Origin: Methanomassiliicoccales archaeon
Lineage (GTDB): Archaea > Thermoplasmatota > Thermoplasmata > Methanomassiliicoccales > UBA472
DNA: 64,000 nt
Assembly (NCBI GenBank): GCA_036504055.1
Contig: DASXVU010000045.1
Span: forward strand, 6,147-70,146
Reading direction: 5' to 3'
Under the pieces are notes generated by a model. It did no database searches and was not told the origin of the DNA. It saw only the letters and a program-made list of their open reading frames with translations. Every line of letters starts with the position of its first letter. Within the stretch, counting starts at the first letter, position 1. Of this stretch, positions 59,393-64,000 are shown one piece after another. The translations under genes and the position numbers were made by a program.

Positions 59393-61009
59393 ATGACGCT
59401 TGTCGCAGTGATCGATGGATACATCGATGAACCGGGATCGCTTGGCGTGCCACCCTATATTCACCCGTTGGTAAGAGCGACCTATGGTGCGGCCAGGGAC
59501 GCGGGGGCGGAGGCAAGCTACCACACCATCGATGATCTGCGTCAGGGCTGGCATCCGGAAAAGGCCGACGTGGTGATCTTCCTTACTGGCAGTGCTGTTC
59601 CTGGTAGGTACATCAGGGCGTCCCCAGCTTCGAGAAGAGAGATCGAGAGATTCCTTCCCCTGATGGGTGGGGTCAGGGTCCTTGGCGGTCCGCTGACGAT
59701 GGAGGAAGGCATGGAAAGTGCCGGTCTGTTCGAGATCATCGCCAAACGCGACCCTGCGAGCTGCCTTTTCGATTACCTCAAGGGCGAGGGCCCATCCAAC
59801 CGATGGAGAACGGTCGAAGAATGGAACCGATGGCTGATGATCGGGGCGGACATCGTCACAAAACATCGGGACTTCCCCCAGCCACTGGTGGCGGAGATCG
59901 AAACTTATAGAGGGTGTGTGAGATACAAGAGCGGAGGATGCTCCTTCTGCGTCGAACCGCTCAAGGGCATTCCGGTCTGTCGGGAACCGAAGGATATCAT
60001 AGCCGAATGCAGAAAATTGCATGATCTGGGGGTGCGTAATTTCCGCCTGGGGGCGCAGACCTGTTTCATATCGTATCACGCCCACCTCGATGGGACGGAG
60101 ACCCCGCGGCCGGACCCGGAGGCGATAGAGGAATTGCTTTCCGGAGTGGCCTCGCTCGGTGTGGACCTGCTCCACCTGGACAACGCGAACCCGGCGGTCA
60201 TAGCCGCTCACCCGGTCGAATCGGAACAGATCCTCCGGAGCATCGTGCGTCACTGCACGAGCGGTAATGTCCTTGCGTTGGGCATGGAGAGCGCGGACCC
60301 GGCGGTGGTCACTGCCAACAACCTGAACGCCTCCGCTGGACAGGTGATGGAGGCGATCGAACTTATCAACCGCGCTGGCAGGGAGCGCGGACCCACGGGT
60401 CTTCCGGCGGTGTTGCCCGGCTTGAACTTCATTATAGGCCTGGACGGAGAGACCAAGAAGACCTTGCAGCTGAACTTCGATTTTCTGAGCATGGTACTGG
60501 AGAAGGGCCTCCTGCTTCGACGGATAAACATCAGGCAGGTGATCGGTATCAGGCGCTCGTTCGACGAAGGGGTCTCACACTCGGATTTCCTGAAGTTCAA
60601 GGAAAAGGTCCGCGAGAACATCGACAGACCGATGCTGGAAAGGATCGCGCCCCTGGGCACGGTTCTTCGCAGGGTGTACACCGAGATGCATGAGGGGAAG
60701 ACCACTTTCGGCCGCCAGATCGGAACATATCCGCTATTGGTCGGCTTTTCCTACCCCATTGAACTGGGTAAGTTCGTTGACGCGGTCGTGACCGGTCACG
60801 GTTATCGGAGCTTGACCGCCGTGGAGCATCCGCTCAAGATCAATCGGTGCTCCCTGGCGGCGATAGCGTCGCTCCCCTCCGTCGGCAAGAAGCGCGCCGC
60901 CAACATCCTTGTCCACCGCCCTTACCGGTCCAAGGAAGAATTCATCGCGGCGATGGACGACCATGCCGTAGGACAGACCCTGGCGGACATGCTGGATTTT
61001 TCGACGTGA
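59393..61009 (+). CDS. Radical SAM protein (COG1031-like, N-terminal Rossmann/B12-like domain, C-terminal helix-hairpin-helix)
   Basis: The cluster motif is CVRYKSGGCSFC (C-x7-C-x2-C). The C-terminal HhH is LAAIASLPSVGKKRAANIL. The start was moved from TTG at 59375 to ATG at 59393. Confidence 0.7.
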   Translation: MTLVAVIDGYIDEPGSLGVPPYIHPLVRATYGAARDAGAEASYHTIDDLRQGWHPEKADVVIFLTGSAVPGRYIRASPASRREIERFLPLMGGVRVLGGPLTMEEGMESAGLFEIIAKRDPASCLFDYLKGEGPSNRWRTVEEWNRWLMIGADIVTKHRDFPQPLVAEIETYRGCVRYKSGGCSFCVEPLKGIPVCREPKDIIAECRKLHDLGVRNFRLGAQTCFISYHAHLDGTETPRPDPEAIEELLSGVASLGVDLLHLDNANPAVIAAHPVESEQILRSIVRHCTSGNVLALGMESADPAVVTANNLNASAGQVMEAIELINRAGRERGPTGLPAVLPGLNFIIGLDGETKKTLQLNFDFLSMVLEKGLLLRRINIRQVIGIRRSFDEGVSHSDFLKFKEKVRENIDRPMLERIAPLGTVLRRVYTEMHEGKTTFGRQIGTYPLLVGFSYPIELGKFVDAVVTGHGYRSLTAVEHPLKINRCSLAAIASLPSVGKKRAANILVHRPYRSKEEFIAAMDDHAVGQTLADMLDFST

Positions 61010-61075
61010 TCCCGCCGGCATCCCGAAAAGCAACGGAATGCCCATAAATATCGGGTTGCCGCTCACAATAATTGA

Positions 61076-62149
61076 ATGGATGAAAAGTCCTTGGCTCGTT
61101 ACCCTTTCATAAAGGGCGCTTCCGAGATCGTCAGGAACAAGGGGGTTTCGCTAGCAGACCTGATGAGCCAGAATTCGTTCCCCGAGGCGAGGAGAAGAGG
61201 CCGGAAAAGGGTGCTGGAAGCGTTGAACGACACGAAGATCCAGACCAACTCCACCGGTACGGAGGAGGATATCCTGGCCGAGCTCCTCTCATATCCGGTT
61301 GCGAGGATGATCGTCTCCAGTGTGGGCGATGATTTTCTGATCAGGCGTTATGCCATGGGCGAGGCCAAGACCTTGGCTGACCGACTTTCCACCGAGGATG
61401 TGTACCTGCAGATGGAGGTGGCATCCGACCTGGGGGTCTCTTCGCAATTGGACGGTGAACTGCCTTCGATGCATTTCTGCGATTTCCTGAAGTACACCTC
61501 GGGCATCCGCGGCAAGGAATGGAAACTGGTGAACCAGGAGGTCAAGAAGGGCTACATCTCCCTGCCCAAGGTCAAGTTCGCCAGGGTACTGGAGCAGGCA
61601 CTGGATGAGAAGATCGAGCACGAGCTGCCGCTACCGGTCACCGAGGCGATCATTGATGCGTTCCAGGAAGAGGTAGGAGAGGTCTCGGCCCAGGTCGAGG
61701 AGATACGCAGTAAGTACAAGGGAAACGAGTTCGGGGAGGTTCGGATTGTGAACTTCCCCCCCTGCATGAAAGCGCTCGTTTCTCAGGCACAGGCGGGCAA
61801 GAACATGCCCCATGCCGGGCGTTTCGCCATGGTCACATTCTTGAACTACATCGGAATGCCGACCGACCAGATAATCAGGACGTTCTACACCTCTCCCGAC
61901 TTCGACAACAAGATGACCGAATACCAGGTCAGACACATCACCGGGGACGGGATGGGCAAGAAATACTCCTGTCCAGAGTGTTCTACAATGAGGACCAACG
62001 GCATCTGCGTAGACCAGGACGCGCTGTGCAGGTCCGGCAAGATCAGGCACCCGCTCAATTACTACCGGGTCAAGACCATTGAGATGAAACGGAGCGGAAC
62101 CCAGGCGAAACCGGCGGAAAAGTCAAAGGAAGAGAAGCCAAAGAAATGA
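61076..62149 (+). CDS. priL: DNA primase large (regulatory) subunit PriL
   Basis: Fe-S domain cysteines are present (FPPCMKAL..., ...YSCPECSTMRTNGICV...C). A conserved HAGRFAMVTFL block is also present. Confidence 0.85.
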   Translation: MDEKSLARYPFIKGASEIVRNKGVSLADLMSQNSFPEARRRGRKRVLEALNDTKIQTNSTGTEEDILAELLSYPVARMIVSSVGDDFLIRRYAMGEAKTLADRLSTEDVYLQMEVASDLGVSSQLDGELPSMHFCDFLKYTSGIRGKEWKLVNQEVKKGYISLPKVKFARVLEQALDEKIEHELPLPVTEAIIDAFQEEVGEVSAQVEEIRSKYKGNEFGEVRIVNFPPCMKALVSQAQAGKNMPHAGRFAMVTFLNYIGMPTDQIIRTFYTSPDFDNKMTEYQVRHITGDGMGKKYSCPECSTMRTNGICVDQDALCRSGKIRHPLNYYRVKTIEMKRSGTQAKPAEKSKEEKPKK

Positions 62150-62764
62150 TCATTTGCCCTTGAGCTCCTTCCACGTGCCCCATGCACGCTGGACCGCGGT
62201 CAGGTTCCCGACCACCGCGAACCATAGCATCATCATCTCGAACGCGGACAGGTGTATCGAACCGAACGTCAGCCATCCATATCCGTTCACGGACATGATC
62301 ACAAATTGCACCAAGGGTATGACGAAGGAGAGGACGATCCGATCGGCCCGGCCCAGGAGTCCGGAATACATCCTACCCGCCCCGACCGCCTGGGCCTGCG
62401 TGCCCATATAACTGGTGAGCAGGACGCCGATGATCGCTGCCATGCCAAGGTAGGGGTTGCACCAGGCGCTGACCGCCACCGCGCCGATCATCAGTACGTC
62501 GGCATAACGGTCGAGAACGTGATCAAGGAAATCACCGCGCTTCGAGGTCTTGCCGGTGAGTCGGGCGACCTTACCGTCAAGCGCATCGAGGAGACCGGAG
62601 ACCAGGACCAGAATGGAGACCAACGGCAGCAGTATCTGCCAGTTCTCGGGGCTGTAAAATGTGGCAAGTGCCGCGAATAACGCGATCACCAGCGACATCC
62701 CGGAAATGGCATTGGGGGAGAACCTGGTCAGTGATTTCGCCATCGGGGTAAGAATGAACTCCAC
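62150..62764 (-). CDS. CDP-alcohol phosphatidyltransferase family protein (archaetidyl-X synthase type)
   Basis: The motif is DALDGKVARLTGKTSKRGDFLDHVLDRYAD (D-G-x2-A-R-x8-G-x3-D-x3-D). The protein is polytopic. Confidence 0.85.
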   Translation of the reverse strand: MEFILTPMAKSLTRFSPNAISGMSLVIALFAALATFYSPENWQILLPLVSILVLVSGLLDALDGKVARLTGKTSKRGDFLDHVLDRYADVLMIGAVAVSAWCNPYLGMAAIIGVLLTSYMGTQAQAVGAGRMYSGLLGRADRIVLSFVIPLVQFVIMSVNGYGWLTFGSIHLSAFEMMMLWFAVVGNLTAVQRAWGTWKELKGK

Positions 62765-62781
62765 CTTGCCGCGCTTAGAAT

Positions 62782-63318
62782 CTAGGACCAGTCCAATGCC
62801 TCCTCGCTCCAGTCGATATTTCCGATGGCGTACTTCTCCTTTTCTCCGGCCAGTATTTTCATGATGGCATCCGCTGTCTCTTCCGGAGAAATAATGGTGG
62901 TATCGATCTCATAGACCTCTCGGCCTGTCTCCACGGACTCGACCAGGATAACGTCCAGAGCCTCCGCCTCTGCGTTCTCCGCCACCTTCCGCTCCGGATA
63001 GCCGCGGGACCTCAGCCGCTCGGCCAGCACCGATGGACGGCATCGGAGGATGATGATGAGGTCCGAAGCGATGAGATGTGACAGATGCCCGACCAGTATG
63101 GTCGTCCCGGTTGCACCTATCTCTCCAGCCGCCAGGTCAAGCTTCTTGACATCCACCTCATAGGTGCCGCCCTTTCTGTCGAACCTTTCCAACAATTTCT
63201 TTTCTTTGGCTAGGTCTCCAAGTTCAATGATCTTTAACCCTCTGGATGCCAATATCTTAGCGACTGTGGACTTGCCCGTACCTGGAGTGCCTGTGAGAGC
63301 CAATTTCACAAACGTCAT
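62782..63318 (-). CDS. Adenylate kinase isoenzyme-6 / Fap7-like NTPase
   Basis: The P-loop is LTGTPGTGKSTVAKILA and the protein is ~180 aa. The start is ATG at 63318, and the track GTG at 63330 is possible. Confidence 0.75.
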   Translation of the reverse strand: MTFVKLALTGTPGTGKSTVAKILASRGLKIIELGDLAKEKKLLERFDRKGGTYEVDVKKLDLAAGEIGATGTTILVGHLSHLIASDLIIILRCRPSVLAERLRSRGYPERKVAENAEAEALDVILVESVETGREVYEIDTTIISPEETADAIMKILAGEKEKYAIGNIDWSEEALDWS

Positions 63319-63351
63319 AACGCGGTACACATTAAAAAGCGGATATCATGC

Positions 63352-63374
63352 GGGACGGAGGTTCGCTCCGTCCC
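63352..63374. other. Perfect 9-bp stem / 5-nt loop hairpin (GGGACGGAG-GTTCG-CTCCGTCCC) with T5 runs nearby on both strands
   Basis: Read directly from the sequence. On the plus strand a T5 run lies at 63382-63386. On the minus strand a T5 run corresponds to 63334-63338. Confidence 0.5.
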
Positions 63375-63526
63375 GACGTCGTTTTTCCCGTGGTCCTTCT
63401 CCAAAGACCTACAAGCTGCTTCCTTCAGCCTAATCCACGGACCGTAGAGGGGATATTTGAAGGGATTCGGAGCATGCTACAATTAATCTTATATATTAAC
63501 AGACCCGAAACCTCGATGTTGGATGG

Positions 63527-64000
63527 TCAATCCAAGCCACATCTGGATGAAAGCGAATCGTAGAATAGGAGCTCGATCATTTTTTCCGATCTTTTCGCCC
63601 TTGCTTTCCTCTCCAATGTGGGAGGACACATCTCTACGAATTCGATGCCATAATCGATCTTCATCAGGACCAACCCTTCGGAAGGAGCCAGCCCGAACGA
63701 CATGTCACGACCTTCAAGGGCCTCTCTGACCTCCTCGATCGTCGAGCTCCCTTCCGAAACCGATGACAACGTCGCCACGATGCGCCTGACCATATTACGC
63801 AGGAACTCCCGGCCCTTGAGATCTATCACCACAATGTCTCCCAGATCGGTCAGGACGATCGAGTCTATGGTCTTCTCGGAGCTCTTGCCATCGGCCTTGC
63901 AGAACCTTTTGAAATCGTGCCTTCCTACGAACTCCTGAGCGACCTTGTCCATCGCCTCAAGGTCCATCCCTTTCCCAAGTGGCAGGAAATATCGGTACCA
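63527..64000 (-). CDS. truA: tRNA pseudouridine synthase A, C-terminal part (gene continues beyond the window end)
   Basis: The block FVGRHDFKRFCK...REFLRNMVRRIV is typical of TruA. The frame stays open upstream of the track Met to the window edge. Confidence 0.75.
   Translation of the reverse strand, partial: WYRYFLPLGKGMDLEAMDKVAQEFVGRHDFKRFCKADGKSSEKTIDSIVLTDLGDIVVIDLKGREFLRNMVRRIVATLSSVSEGSSTIEEVREALEGRDMSFGLAPSEGLVLMKIDYGIEFVEMCPPTLERKARAKRSEKMIELLFYDSLSSRCGLD

Noticed and set aside
59240-60253. 337-aa minus-strand ORF opposite the radical SAM gene and the end of aEF-1beta.
   Set aside because: It is antisense to two recognisable genes and has no domain signature. It is spurious.

Overview
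This 64 kb window is a gene-dense archaeal chromosome segment. It has about 55 protein genes and 3 tRNA genes. I saw no rRNA, CRISPR array, transposase, integrase or other obvious mobile element.

Lineage (inference from gene content only): euryarchaeal, possibly Thermoplasmata-like. Supporting features are an unsplit rpoB, GatD/GatE, eS17/eL30, HVO-type zinc-finger microproteins and a PAS histidine kinase. TAG is used as an ordinary stop codon.

Housekeeping core:
- The conserved cluster rpoH-rpoB-rpoA'-rpoA''-rpl30e-nusA lies on the minus strand at 49.5-58.3 kb.
- Other housekeeping genes are the Zn-ribbon/aEF-1beta pair, priL, gatD/gatE, purD, pyrF, thyX, rps17e, metY-metX, pcm, hypB, tag, truA (partial) and an ADP-forming acetyl-CoA synthetase.

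Accessory-looking content:
- Three large envelope genes: a 567/577-aa and a 1,634-aa right-handed beta-helix protein, and a 2,180-aa AglB oligosaccharyltransferase fused to a long Ig-like stalk. A co-transcribed CARDB-like partner gene follows aglB.
- A GvpD-like two-domain ATPase next to a Cys-rich microprotein/HEAT pair.
- A PadR - BtrH_N/DUF4872 - DUF1015 cluster.
- A K+ channel with a YHS metal-binding tail.
- A rhomboid-MBL-ZnF-PIMT operon.

The two observations I rate highest:
1. The AglB-stalk fusion with a second, C-terminal membrane anchor (41027-47569).
2. A tRNA-Lys(UUU) gene interrupted by two non-canonical introns, one in the D-loop and one in the T-loop, just upstream of rpoH (58468-58600).

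All calls come from reading the translations and the sequence. No database search was run. Start codons are often ambiguous, and alternatives are noted in the feature evidence.
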